NCBI GenBank assembly: GCA_035221665.1
Contig: CM069131.1
Span: 122,450,001-122,514,000 of the forward strand
Direction of reading: 5' to 3'
Source: Okamejei kenojei
Taxonomy: Eukaryota
Length of the DNA stretch: 64,000 nt
Shown piece after piece: positions 39,519 through 51,569 of the stretch (within the stretch, counting starts at the first letter, position 1; each line of letters begins with the position of its first letter). The translations under genes were made by a program, and so were the position numbers. The notes under the pieces were generated by a model, which saw only the letters and a list, made by a program, of their open reading frames with translations, did no database searches and had not been told where the DNA came from.

Positions 39519-39580
39519 GATTGATTACAACAACGTCACGGAAACTGGACCGGGAGCAACAAGCAGAACACATCCTTGAG
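39519..39580 (+). CDS. FAT1: FAT1 small coding exon (62 nt; exon 4 equivalent)
   Basis: tgtttgtttgcAG|GA TTG ATT ACA ACA ACG TCA CGG AAA CTG GAC CGG GAG CAA CAA GCA GAA CAC ATC CTT GAG|GTggga = (G)LITTTSRKLDREQQAEHILE, with the cadherin LDRE motif. Phase 1-0 joins the flanking exons in frame. Absent from the ORF track. Confidence 0.92.
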
Positions 39581-41034
39581 GTGGGAAGAGTTTATTTGCA
39601 TTCAATTATTTTAAAAACACTAATTATTATGTTTATTATTGGTCTTATTAAAGTAAAAGAAAACGGCTTCAGATAACAATGTTGCTGAAATATAATGTGG
39701 TTTATAGAGATATTTTTGTATCTTCATCTTAAAACATTTTTTATTGGATATAGCGCAAGGGAACTCCGTGGTCTGTGTCAGCACCATGAACCCCTGTTTC
39801 ACATTAATTTGACAGTGCTGAAGGCTAATCCATCATGGATTTGCGAAAGGAACATCAATGAGGATCCCTTTCCTGGAGTGAAGAAATCCTCTTGATTTCT
39901 TGCACCATGTTTGCTTCAATTAGGGGTATTGAAACGGCTGAGAAATAAAAGCCGTGAATAATCCTTGTAGGAAAATTTCATCTGAATCTGTTATGTGGAA
40001 TAAATATTCATCAGTAATAAATAATTTAAATTGTGATCTGTGGTAAATTAAAGGATAATATTTTTAGTAATTCTCACCTTCCTTCTCCTGCCTTGCCAAA
40101 TGCCTCTTTTGGCCATCCTGGTGTGAAGAGTCATTTGGAATTATTGAGGACTATGTATGAACAACATGAAGTGAGCAGATGGCTGGAAAAAAGATGCAAA
40201 GTGCTGGAGTGATTCAACGGGTCAGGCAGCTTCCCTGAAGCACATGGATAGACAACGTTTTGGTTTATGCCATTAATAGTGTCCAATTGACATTTGACAG
40301 AATTCTCATAGCTGGCTTAAAATTACAATGCAACTATCATATGGAGCTTATTTCATTTTCTGTTCAACTAATACAGGTGTTGGCATGGGTGTGGTGTGCC
40401 AAAAGACCTGTTTCTGTGTATGACTATATCGGATGTTCTGCTTGGATTAAAAATATTCAGTTTATAGACTAATTTATAGGTGGTCTATATCTTCCTATTT
40501 CCAGCAATGGATGTTGGAACAGAATGTCAGAAGGAGCAGTTGATACTTTGTCAATTAACTCCAGTAAAAGGTGGATAAACATTAGAATTGACATCGATAG
40601 AGTAAAGTACAAACCAAAGATAATCGAGCACTCTGCAGGATACAAAGGTTACTTTACTCCTGGGATCGATTCTGTAATTGTCGTTGTGGGCTTTGTGAAG
40701 TGAAGGTTAATGGTGTGGAATTTTGCCTCATTGCTTTTATTGGATAGGTGAAGAATTTGCGAAGCTAGTTTGGACACAATCCAATAGGTAGTTGGTGCTA
40801 TGAAATGCTGAAGTGGCCTGTTCCTGCTCGGGACAATTGCTTGGGGCATGGCTAACCTTCAACATTCTGTGTTGACTGATGTTGCTGTATGACTGAGCTC
40901 TATTTTTAGTGACCATGCAACTGAAGCTATCTTTCTAGGAGTCAACTTAGAGTAGTTGAATACTTCGTTCAAGTAGAGCGTTAAGTAAAACATTAACTTC
41001 ATTAAATTTACTACTCAGGATCCAATAATGCATT

Positions 41035-43163
41035 TAGTTTAGTTTAGAAATACAGCATGGAAACGGGCTCTGTGGCTAACCAAATCCATGCCAGCCAATA
41101 ATCTGTAAACTAGTTCTAGCCTACACACTAGGGACAATTTACAGAACCTAATCAACCTACAAACCTGCATGTCTTTAGAATGGGGGAGGTAACAGGAACA
41201 CTGAAGAAACGCACGGGGTCACAGGGAGAATAGAAACATAGAAACATAGAAATTAGGTGCAGGAGCAGGCCATTCGGCCCTTCGATCCTGCGCCGCCATT
41301 CAATATGATCATGGCTGATCATCCAACTCAATATCCTGTACCTGCCTTCTCTCCATACCCTCTGATCCCTTCAGCCACAAGGGCCGCATCCAACTCCCTC
41401 TTAAATATGGCCAACAAACTGGCCTCAACTACCTTCTGTGGCAGAGAATTCCACAGATTCACCACTCACTGTGTGAAAAACGATTTTCTCATCTCGGTCC
41501 TAAAAGACCTCCCCCTTATCCTTAAACTGTGACCCCTTGTCCTGGACTTCCCCAACATCGGGAACAATTTTCCTGCATCCAGCCTGTCCAACCCCTTAAG
41601 AATTTTGTAAGTCTCTATGATATCACCCCTCAATCTTCTAAATTCCAGCGAGTACAAGCCAAGTCTATCCAGTCTTTCCTCATATGGAAGTCGTGGTCAT
41701 CCCAGGAATCAGTCTGGTGAACCTTCTCTGTACTCCCTCTATGGCAAGAATGTCTTTCCTCAGATTAGGAGACCAAAACTGTACGCAATACTCCAGGTGT
41801 GGCCTCACCAAGACCCTATACATCTGCAGTAGAACCTCCCTGCTCTTGTACTCAAATCCTTTTGCTATGAATGCCAACATACCATTCGCTTTCTTCACAG
41901 CCTGCTGCACCTGCATGCCTACTTTCAATGACTGGTGTACCATGACGCCCAGGTCTCGCTGCATCTCCCCTTTTCCTAATCGGTCACCATTCAAATAATA
42001 GTCTACCTTCCTGTTTTTGCCACCAAAGTGGATAACCTCACATTTATCCACATTATACTGCATCTGCCATGCATTTGCCCACTCACCCAGTCTATCCAAG
42101 TCATCTTGCAGCCTCCTAGCATCCTCCTCACAGCTAACACTGCCCCCCAGCTTCGTGTCATCCGCAAACTTCGAAATGTTGCATTTAATTCCCTCGTCCA
42201 AATCATTAATGTATATTGTAAATAGCTGGGGTCCCAGCACTGAGCTTTGCGGCACCCCACTAGTCACTGTCTGCCATCCTGAAAAGGACCCGTTCACTCC
42301 TACTCTTTGCTTCCTGTCTGCCAGCCAGTTCTCTATCCACATCAATACTGAACCACCAATACCGTGTGCTTTAAGTTTGTATACCAATCTCTTGTGTGGG
42401 ACCTTGTCGAAAGCCTTCTGAAAGTCCAGATATAACACATCCACTGCTTCTCCCTTATCCACTCTACTAGTTACATCCTCAAAAAATTCAATAAGATTCG
42501 TCAGACATGATTTACCCTTCGTAAATCCATGCTGACTTTGTCCAATGATTTCACCACTTTCCAAATGCGCTGCTATCCCATCTTTAATAATTGACTCTAG
42601 CAGTTTCCCCACTACCGATGTTAGACTAACTGCTCTGTAATTCCCCGTTTTCTCTCTCCCTCCCTTTTTAAAAAGTGGGGTTACATTAGCTACCCTCCAA
42701 TCCTCAGGAACTACTCCAGAATCTAAAGAGTTGAAAAATTATCACTAAGGCATCTGCTATTTCTGGGGCTACTTCCTTAAGTACCCTGGGATGCAGCCTA
42801 TCTGGCCCTGGGGATTTATCGGCCTTTAATCCATTCAATTTACCTAACACCACTTTCCGGCTAACCTGAATTTCACTCATTTCCTCCATCTCATTTGACC
42901 CGCGATCCCCTGCTATTTCCGGCAAATTATTTATGTCTTCCTTAGTGAAGATAGAACCAAAGTAGTTATTCAATTGGTCTGCCATGTCCTTATTCCCCAT
43001 GATCAATTCACCCGTTTCTGACTGCAAGGGACCTACATTTGTTTTAACTAATCTTTTGCGCTTCACAAAAGCTTCACAAAGGAGAATGTACAAACTCCTT
43101 CAGGATTGAACCTGTGTCTGGCACAGTATGGCAGCAGCTCTACCGCTGCGGCACTGTGCCTCC
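41035..43163 (-). mobile_element. HE1-like SINE (41035-41230 + 43081-43163) split by a CR1 insertion
   Basis: SINE sequence ..ggggtcacagggagaat resumes as ggagaatgtacaaactcc at 43081; GGAGAAT duplicated at 41225-41231 and 43081-43087. Confidence 0.75.
41232..43065 (-). mobile_element. Young CR1 (HER1-like) LINE, ~1.8 kb, RT domain, 5'-truncated and frameshifted
   Basis: ORF 41680..42612: SQHGFTKGKSCLTNLIEFFE..YLDFQKAFDKVPH..GVPQSSVLGPQLF..KFADDTKL..RPHLEYCVQFWSP; upstream KSPGPDRLHPRVLKE; (ATAGAAAC)n tail. Confidence 0.95.
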
Positions 43164-44549
43164 CTAAAGAATTGTGGTTCCACTTGCCGTTTTATTCCAG
43201 CAGTTGACCATTTGCATTAAGCGGTTTCCCCACCAGAACAACAGCAGGGAATATCCCTTTCAGGAGTAGCTTCTGGCCTCCACAGTAATAATCTGGGGCG
43301 TGGCCACAAGACACCACACATGTATTTCCTGCCACTCCCATTCCCCCAATCTGATGTCTTAAAGTTTCTTAAGCTGTAGACTGTCTCAGGCTATGTGGGA
43401 GCACAATGGGACACCAGGGTAGAGAGAGAGCTTGGTGGAGGTAGAAGTTATTTTCCCCTTCCAGCAATAGGCGCGCCTCGCACAATGAGTGCCAGTGCAC
43501 AAACTGAATGAATTGCCCCGCTGACACTGTAGAACAATAAGCTAGCTGCATGTGCCTGGCTGAAATCTGTGCTGCGATGAATAATATCTACCCTGTTGTT
43601 TTGTTTGAGAGGCATACTGTCTCAAGACTTCTGCTGAACTTTCATTAATTGCATTTTTTTAAGTGTGCAATTATCGTGCTGTATTGGGGAGAGCAGCTTC
43701 TGTTTGGAAATGATCAATGTTTATTTTGCTGCCCTACAGTTGTTGGCTGTGTTTTGTTTGAAAGACTCGCTTCAAGCAGCAAACAATTCTACAATTGCTG
43801 AGCGATATAATGCATTACAACGGTTTGGATACTTATGCAATTGATGTAATTCTTAAACATCTCACGTTTGATTTGTGACTTGGTGCTTCAGACAAACATT
43901 TATAACACTGCAAGGAAGCATTAAGACTGTATCCCTCTAATTATCCATTTGCTAGCTTAGTGAGTGAATTCAGGGCATCATAAAAATGTGCATGATGAGA
44001 CAACAAATTAATTTATCTACATTGAGCATGTTTTCTTTGGCTTTAAATGACCAGGCTTCCATGCATGAGTAATAATTAAGATCATTCATTACAGTAGCAC
44101 AGCATACATATTCCAGAGCTAGGGGCGATAGATCAGATTACTGTGTCAGGTCTCTTTACTATGGAATGTTCAGCTCAGACAGGTGTTCAAAACATGTCTG
44201 GATGGATAATATTTTCATACATTTTTCAGAAATTGAGTGTCGAGATATAAATTAGATTTTGGACAAAAGATCTCTTATTTTTAACTGTTAGCTCAACCTC
44301 ACTGAATTGTTATTGGAATCCTTTCTGGCGAGTGTTGTTAATCATACAATGTGTGATTCATGTAAGTGTGAGTCATATACACAGTTCCTTTGTCCCACAA
44401 AGTTTATGCTGACCATTGCCCCATTTGCACTAATTCTACATTTTGTTCTCCCCAAAATCCATTCAACTCACTCAAAATGCTCACCCTCCTGCACACTTGG
44501 AACAGTCTACAGTAGCCAATCAGCCTACTTGCCTGAATGACTTTGGTGT

Positions 44550-44915
44550 AGAAGCTGGAACAGTACAGCACAAGAACAGGCCCTTTGGCCCACAATGTCT
44601 GCGCCAAACATGATGCAAAGACCATCTGTTATCGACTGGCACACAATCCATATCCCTCAATTTCCAGCATATCCATATGCCTCTTCAAAAATGTCTTAAA
44701 TGCCACTGTTATATGTGCTTCAGCCACCACCTCTGGCAGCACGTCCCATGCACTCATCACCTTCTGAGAAAAAAATAACTTGCCCTGCACATCTCCTTTT
44801 AAACTTTACCTCTAGTATTTACTTTTTCCATCCATGCCTTTCATTATTTAATATACTCAGGCATTCCAAAGAAAACAATCAAAGTCTGTCCAGCTCCTCC
44901 AGATAGCTAACACCC
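44550..44915 (-). mobile_element. Older CR1 3' fragment
   Basis: gaacagtacagcacaagaacaggccctttggcccacaatgtc family end. Confidence 0.65.
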
Positions 44916-45197
44916 CCAACTCTAGGCATCATTTTGGCATGTGGAAAGGAAACCAGTGTACCTGGTCGATACCCGTGTGATCATGCACACTGCACACAGG
45001 ATGGTACATAGGGGGCTGGAGCTATGAGGCAGCAGATCTGCTAGGCTGTGCCAATGTGCTGTGCATGGCCTTTGAGTGAACATTTGTCCAGGTATCATTT
45101 CATCAAAGCAAATCAGCATGGATTTGCGATGGGTAGACCGCCTGATTCATTTTGGATTCCTTTTTGCTAATGTCTCAGTCAATGTTGGAACACCTGT

Positions 45198-45396
45198 ATA
45201 GAAACATAGAAACATAGAAATTAGGTGCAGGAGTAGGCCATTCAGCCCTTCGAGCCTGCACCGCCATTCAATATGATCATGGCTGATCATCCAACTCAGT
45301 ATCCCGTACCTGCCTTCTCTCCATACCCTCTGATCCCCTTAGCCACAAGGGCCACATCCAACTCACTCTTAAATATAGCCAATTAACTGGCCTCAA
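45198..45396 (-). mobile_element. CR1 3' end
   Basis: (ATAGAAAC)n tail plus 3'UTR near-identical to 41232-41430. Confidence 0.9.
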
Positions 45397-45783
45397 TTGA
45401 ATTGTTTCTAATTACAAAGTATAGTGTGAGTGAGGGAGGAGGTTGAGGGGGAGGCCATGTGCATATGTCTGTGTGTTTGAGAAAGAGAGGGAGAGAGTAG
45501 AGTTACACTCATGTACCTAACGTTTGTGCAGGCCTACATAACCATGGAGTGTACGTGCTGGGTAAAGGTAGCAGAGTTTATGCTCTATTAACTCGGACCA
45601 ACTCACAAGATCTCCCCCTGTGAGCCTCTGTGTAACTGGTGTGCACCCATTGCTTCACATCAATAAGGAATTATTTAAAATATTTTCCTCTGAATGAAAT
45701 TTGGAGACTGGCAAAACTATTGTAGTTGCCTGGGAACTCGGGACAGTTCAACTCTGGCATTGCCACTCTTCATGAGATACAGT

Positions 45784-45854
45784 CAATCAAATAAGATCAA
45801 ATAGAACAAGTTGTCCTACAACATTAGGCTGTGCACGCCATATGCAAGAAGAAG
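45784..45854 (+). mobile_element. 71-bp retro-insert ending in (AAG)3 with 11-bp TSD, family unidentified
   Basis: TGAGATACAGT at 45773-45783 and 45855-45865. Confidence 0.65.
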
Positions 45855-46396
45855 TGAGATACAGTGGGTTAGACAAGATCAGTAAGCCAGCATCCTTCTG
45901 AAATGGCAAGCTGGAAGAGGCGTACTAACTTCAGAGGTGTTTTTTGCCATTAAGAATGGAATGGTGTGGCATCACGGTAACTCCCTCGGTAGGGGAGGGG
46001 AATTTATTATGACCTTCCAGCTACTGTGGAACCAGCATGTTATGGCCATCAATGTACCTCCCCAACCCTTGATGGCACAATAGAGGAATTCTATTTGTGT
46101 GGATCAATCCCTAGTCTGAGTCCCAGCTCTTCCTCTTCCTCTTTGGCAGAGTCAGTCAGAATTAAAATTTGAGATTGGTTATGCTTAGATAGCAAAGCCT
46201 AAATCCAACAATCCCCTTGTCCTGGCAAAATGTGGGAACATAGACGTCATAACACAGTGTAACATTTCCTCTGGGATACAAGGAATCCTGGCAGAACCAT
46301 CAGTCCAAGCACCTCTTGGGTTTCATCGTCATCCATGAGGCTGCAAGCCAAGAACAGACACTGACGACTGTAAAATCAATGATCCTCTAACTTGTA

Positions 46397-46670
46397 GGCG
46401 GAACAGTGGCGCAGCAGTAGAACTGCTGCCTCACAGTGCCAGAGACCCGAGTTCAATCCCAACTACGGGTACTGTCTGTGTGGAGTTTGTGTGTTCTCCC
46501 TTGACGGCGTGGGTTTTCTCCGGGATCTCCGGTTTCCCCTCACATTCCAAAGACGTGCAGATTTGTAGGTTAATTGTCTTCTGTAAATTGCCTCTAGTGT
46601 GTACAGGTGCTCGATGGTTGGTGTGGACCCGGTGGGCTGAAGAGCTTGTTCCAAACTGTATCTCTAAGCT
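46397..46670 (+). mobile_element. HE1-like SINE
   Basis: A box gtggcgcagcagtagaa, B box gagttcaatccc. Confidence 0.85.
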
Positions 46671-46709
46671 CTATATTGGGGTCATCTCGTTCAACCATTC
46701 CTTAAAAGG

Positions 46710-46892
46710 AAAGCAGTGAATATTTTTAAGGCAGAGATTGATTCTTGATTAGTACAGATGTCAGAGGTTATGAGGAGAAGGCAGGAGAATGGGGATAGGA
46801 GGAAGAGATAGATCAGCCATGATTGAATGGCGCAGTAAACTTGATGAGCCGAGTAGCCTAATTCTACTCCTATCACGTGACTGTATGACCAT
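46710..46892 (+). mobile_element. CR1 3' end
   Basis: tttttaaggcagagattga..ggagaaggcaggagaatgg..gatcagccatgattgaatggcg..cctaattctactcct. Confidence 0.75.
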
Positions 46893-48248
46893 ATAAGCAC
46901 CACAGAAATGTAGCCATGAAATATTCAATGTCAACAGATTCAAGGGCACCCCCTTCCAAGCTTACTGTCAGCTTTTTTGCTAAGATGCATTTGTGCCCAC
47001 GTGTTCAGGGGGAGAGAGAGAACATACACTGTCCACGGCATTCTGAGGCACTGCAATAGCTGGAGTGCACACTGGCAGTTATATTATGTTGTGGACAGTC
47101 GTGTTATAATCTGAATGTGTAATATGTGCATTGATATTTTGATGGATAGGCACATACTGTAAATATGTGAACAAACCTTGATTATAAAAAAAGTTAGAAA
47201 AAAATAAATCCGGCTTTAAACAAAAAAAAGAGGCAGCTGATAACTCCAGTCAACAGGAGTTGCAGAGTCCACAGTACCTTGGAATCGACCATTATTAGTC
47301 ATAGCCGGCAGTTGTATGGTTTCTGTGCCTGAAGACATTAAGACTGGATGGATGAAATGACCAGATCCAACAGTTAATTAATTAGAAATGTAAGGCTTGT
47401 TGAGACTGCAAACGACTGAAAATCTCAAGGGATAAAGAATTGTAGCTTGACAAGTATCTGACGGCTAAAGTTCAACAAAGGCCTCTTGATCTGAAGAACA
47501 GATTGTGGTTGTAAAAGAGTGCAGGAAATAAAACAGCCTATAAATATGATGTGTGGACTCTTCAACCACAAACACCTAAGTTTGATAGAGCAAGAACAGA
47601 CGAAGCCTCGTCAAGGACGGAGAGGCAGTCAGCACCCAGGGGAAGAAATACTTTGAAGAACTCAAGCAAGATTCTTGTCTTCAGCACGAATATCCTTGAT
47701 GCCATTTCATAGCATGTTATTCACTGCAGTTTCAGTGCTCGGTCGGTTCAGCAAGAGATTGAAAAGGCAGTTCCGCAGCTGAATAAACACACAAGGCATC
47801 TGACACAGTCATCATCCCAGCAGAAGTTTTAAAGCATTGGGGAGAGGTCATTTTGACATGAATTCATAACCTCTGCCCTTGTCTAGGATGATGAGAATAT
47901 ACCCAGGCATCTGAGGGACCACAGTCATAGCAATTTACAAAAAAAAATGTCTAGTTATGATAATTATAGAGGAATCTCCTTGCAGTCTGTCAGGGGAAAA
48001 GTTATTGCCGTGATCTTCCAAAACCATCGACTACCACTGGGTAATGAACTGATCCCAGTCATAATGTGGATTCTGTCTATCATGAGGTACAATGGAGATG
48101 ATCTTCGTCATGACAATTTCTAAACAAGTGTAGGGAGTAGCAATCATGCCTGTACATAGTTTTTCTTGATCTCAGTAAAGACCGAGACCAGACTGACTAA
48201 AGATATCTTTCTCAATTTGGCTGTCATGAGAAATCTGTTCTCGTTCAA

Positions 48249-48318
48249 GGTCACCCATTCCTTCCCTCCAGAGATGCTGCCGGTCACACTGACTTACTCC
48301 AGCTATTTGTATCCATCT
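48249..48318 (+). mobile_element. PLE-derived solo fragment
   Basis: ggtcacccattccttccctccagagatgctgcc..gacttactccagc. Confidence 0.7.
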
Positions 48319-48331
48319 TTGTTATCATTCA

Positions 48332-48482
48332 AGATAGACAAAAGTGCTGGAGGAACTCAGCGAGCTCATGGAGCACGTTTCGAGACCCTTTCCACAACTC
48401 GATTGCCTAGTGCTTCTTGAGTTTCTTCAGCATTTTTGTCTACCTTTGATTTTCCAGCATCTGCAGTTCCTTCTGAAACAAC
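48332..48482. mobile_element. Degenerate palindromic PLE-derived insert
   Basis: agacaaaagtgctggaggaactcag mirrored by tgagtttcttcagcatttttgtct, then ccagcatctgcagttccttc. Confidence 0.75.
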
Positions 48483-48495
48483 TTGTTATCATTCA

Positions 48496-49090
48496 TGGGT
48501 ACACAAAAAGCTGGAGAAACTCAGCGGGTGCAGCAGCATCTAAGGAGCGAAGGAGATAGGCGACGTTTCGGGTCGAGACCCTTCTTCAGACTGGTCAGGG
48601 ATCAGGGAAACGAGAGATATAGACGGTGATGTGGAGAGATAAGGAACAATGAGTGAAAGATATGCAAAAAAGTATCGGTGATAAAGGCAACAAGCCATTG
48701 TAAGCTGTTTGTGGTGTGAAAATGAGAAGCTGGTGCGACTGGGGTGGGGGAGGGAGATAGAGATAGAGGAGATGCCAGGGCCCGAGGGCTGAGGGAGAGG
48801 TGGGAAGGGGAGGAGACAGCAAGGGTTAACAGAATTGAGAAAATTCAATATTCAAGCCCAAAGGATGCAGACTCCCCAAGCGGAATATGAGGTGCTGTTC
48901 CTCCAGCTTGCGGTGTTGCTCACTCTGGCCGTGGAGGAGGCCCAGGACCGAGAGGTCGGATGTGGAATGGGAGGGGGAGTTGAAGTGCTGAGCCACCGGG
49001 AGGTCGGGTTGGTTATTGCGGACCGAGCGGAGGTGTTCGGCGAAGCGATCGCCAAGCCTCCGCTTGGTCTCACCGATATAGATCATTATA
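48496..49090 (-). mobile_element. Young 5'-truncated Penelope-like retroelement: GIY-YIG endonuclease C-terminus + 3' UTR/pseudo-LTR
   Basis: YIGETKRRLGDRFAEHLRSVRNNQPDLPVAQHFNSPSHS..RKLEEQHLIFRLGSLHPLGLNIEF; CpG-rich, so little decayed; 48497-48591 is near-identical to the arms of the 2859-3045 palindrome. Confidence 0.92.
48562..48589 (-). ncRNA. Minimal hammerhead ribozyme-like motif, intact core, in PLE 3' region
   Basis: Minus strand CTGAAGAAGGGTCTCGACCCGAAACGTC, downstream of the GIY-YIG ORF on the same strand. Confidence 0.7.
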
Positions 49091-51166
49091 TTGTTATCAT
49101 TCAATGTCTGTTGCATGATGGCTGGGATCTTGACCACAAACCCAATCCAAGTACAGACTGGATTCAAGCAAGTTGAATCATGGCTGAGGAATGGAAGAGG
49201 TTCAGGGAGAGATCTTCCTTGACGTTTTGTGGCAGTAGTCTGGAGCAGTGCAGGAAGAGAAGCTATTTCTCGTGGCAAGACTGAATCAATAGGGTTGAAA
49301 ACCAGGCAAATGTGGCCCCATCCTGCTGCTCGACAATGAATAGATAAATAATAATGTATTGTTCTAGATTCTGATTGCTTCATATAATATGATCATGCAT
49401 CTGTTTTTTGCCGTACAGTTTCAGTAAAACAAATGGCATATTTGGATTGTGGGCATATGGAGAAGGATTACTGTACAGGAAGAATTAAAGCCCTTTCAGT
49501 GCAATTTGGAACAGTGCACAGATGCCTCTGTGTCTGGGAATTAATAACATTACATTTTTGGAGCTCCTTGGTATTTTGCAGTGCAGACACCACAGAAGCT
49601 GTTGACAGTTGAATTAAATATGCATAGCCTGGTCTTGGAAATGTTCCACTCAACTCAAATCAGATCAAAGAAATTCACAATTCAAAACAGAATCTGTTGT
49701 TGCTATCAATGAAAGTGAAAAATACTCATCCATCAGAATCCAAAAGGAGGAGACATTTTTCATGCAGCAAAGACTTCCTGTTCAAAATGTTTGTCTGTCT
49801 TCATTCAGTGGTTGCTAAATCATTTTGTATCATATCGTGATTTTCTTTATTCTTTGCTTTTTCAATTTGCTCATAATTATGGTTACTTGAACAAAATATT
49901 CTGATGGAAAAGGTTACTGATTATTTGCCTAGTTTTATTGGTAGACTTGACATTTGTGTTGTCTGAAATCACTTAAAATGCCATTTAATTATTACTCATT
50001 TATGCCACAGTTCACTCATAGCAATTCTTTTACAATAAGATTTCAATATATTTGTTTTATGGTCTGAATTTCTGGCAGACACCCAAAGCAGCTGCCTTTT
50101 GATACAAGAAATTCAAGCTTTTGCTAATCTCACTGAGGGAAAAATCACGTTGTGATCATGGAGTCACATTGAATAGTTTTTTTCATAAAAATATTGAGAA
50201 CAACATTTTTTTCCTCGTCACCTGTTGATAAAATTAGGGTTTTCATATGATGAATGATAGATGTCGGCTAGGCGGAACACTTAACATTTGAGGGAGAAAG
50301 ACAACTCATTTGTGTTTGGGCCATTATTTTAATTTGCCTACATGCATGAAGTGCTAATGGACAGCTCTTGTAGTCGGCGGAAAATCCATTTGGCATTTCA
50401 TAATTAAAATAGAAGGCAAATAGTCCCTGGAAAAATCAGAAGGATCAAAGTTAATGCAGGTCTTGAGGGATTACTGTTCAAATCTGTCTTTCTGTTGACT
50501 GGTTAGCACGCAACAAAAGCTTTACACTGTACCTTGGTACCCATGACAATAAGCTAAACTAACACTAAACTAAACAAAAGTTTAATATTTGCCAAGCATG
50601 GCATATTTGGATCTTTTTAAAATGTATGAATTTTATTGACTTTATTATGCTTATCATAAATCACAATAATATTTTATTTTTCATCACCAGATAGGTTCCC
50701 AGCCCTTATACCATTCAGAGTCCATTTTAAATATGTTTAGACACATACATTTGTAACTTCACAAATAGGGGTAATTATTTCCCACCAAACTATTCTCTCA
50801 TCTTTTTTTAGAACATGGTTTTTAGTATTATGGTGAGGATGGTTGCCTGTGGCATGGTTGTGCAGTGAGACTGCTCTAACATATTTCAATTTGGAACTCA
50901 TTAAAGTTTGCATCCAATCTGTTTGCTTAATATGCTACACAAATCCGTGCTGTACAACTCTGGCACTATGCAAAAGTGGAAATGATTGCTGGGCCCCATT
51001 TCATGCCACTTTTTTCCTCCTCGCAAATTTAAGCAATTGCAGTCACCTTTAATACCATTTTTTTAAAACAAGCTAAAAAGCAAGTTTAATGTGCCTTGTA
51101 AACTATTGTGTTTATTCTTGAAATTCCATTCTCCTCCAAGTTTCTTCTAACGTACAAATGCTGATT

Positions 51167-51460
51167 CAGGGCTGCCAAGTAGTACGGATTTTCCGTATTT
51201 CATACGGAAATGCGATAAGAATACAGACATATGATTTTGCATTGTTAAATACGGATTTTAAAAAAAAAGGTCGTAGATAATCGTAGCAACGAGTCATCAC
51301 GTACTGGCTGAGGAGCAGCGGGCGGGTGGGAACAACCGAGATCGGCCCGACTTCCTGTTTCATTAACATACCACTCACCAATAGAAAAGTAATAACCCGG
51401 TGAAATTGACTTAAGATCTTGCTGCTTAAATGCAAGGATATAAAAAGTCATACTGTACCT
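51167..51460 (+). mobile_element. Possible hAT-type DNA transposon end
   Basis: Begins CAGGGCTGCCAA with repeated subterminal TACGGA/TCCGTA motifs; partner end not found. Confidence 0.4.
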
Positions 51461-51569
51461 CTAAAAATTGTAGCAGATTAAATCTATTAGTATTTTAAAT
51501 TTCAAGATCTGGATGATTATTTTTGTAAGCGTTGATCTACCATGGTGCTTGGGGTTAAGAGGCTGGAAT

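Larger units (their letters stand above)
47250..49340 (+). mobile_element. Heavily decayed RTE-clade LINE, host of three PLE insertions at 48249-49090
   Basis: Fragments read EIEKAV..IIPAEVLK..NYRGISLQSVRGKVIAVI..NELIP..CGF..GTMEMIF..GCHEK, and after the inserts IIQCLLHDG..VQTGFKQ, matching RTE-type RT motifs. Confidence 0.65.

Noticed and set aside
41684-42421. Plus-strand ORFs opposite LINE RTs (also 14388-14735, 24256-24775, 55847-56262, 62280-63471)
   Set aside because: Antisense shadows of LINE coding sequence.
48236-49104. CRISPR array (short repeats separated by unique-looking spacers)
   Set aside because: Vertebrate intron, repeats of only 13 bp, spacers of 70-600 bp that are Penelope fragments, and no cas genes. 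These are TSDs.
48826-49383. 185-aa standalone GIY-YIG nuclease gene
   Set aside because: The N-terminal half is antisense RTE/intron sequence fused by chance to a 5'-truncated PLE at the 49091 TSD.
37721-50339. Exact 16-mer TTATTTTAATTTGCCT at 37721 and 50324 as a shared regulatory motif
   Set aside because: An AT-rich 16-mer match is plausible by chance in 64 kb, and the similarity does not extend.
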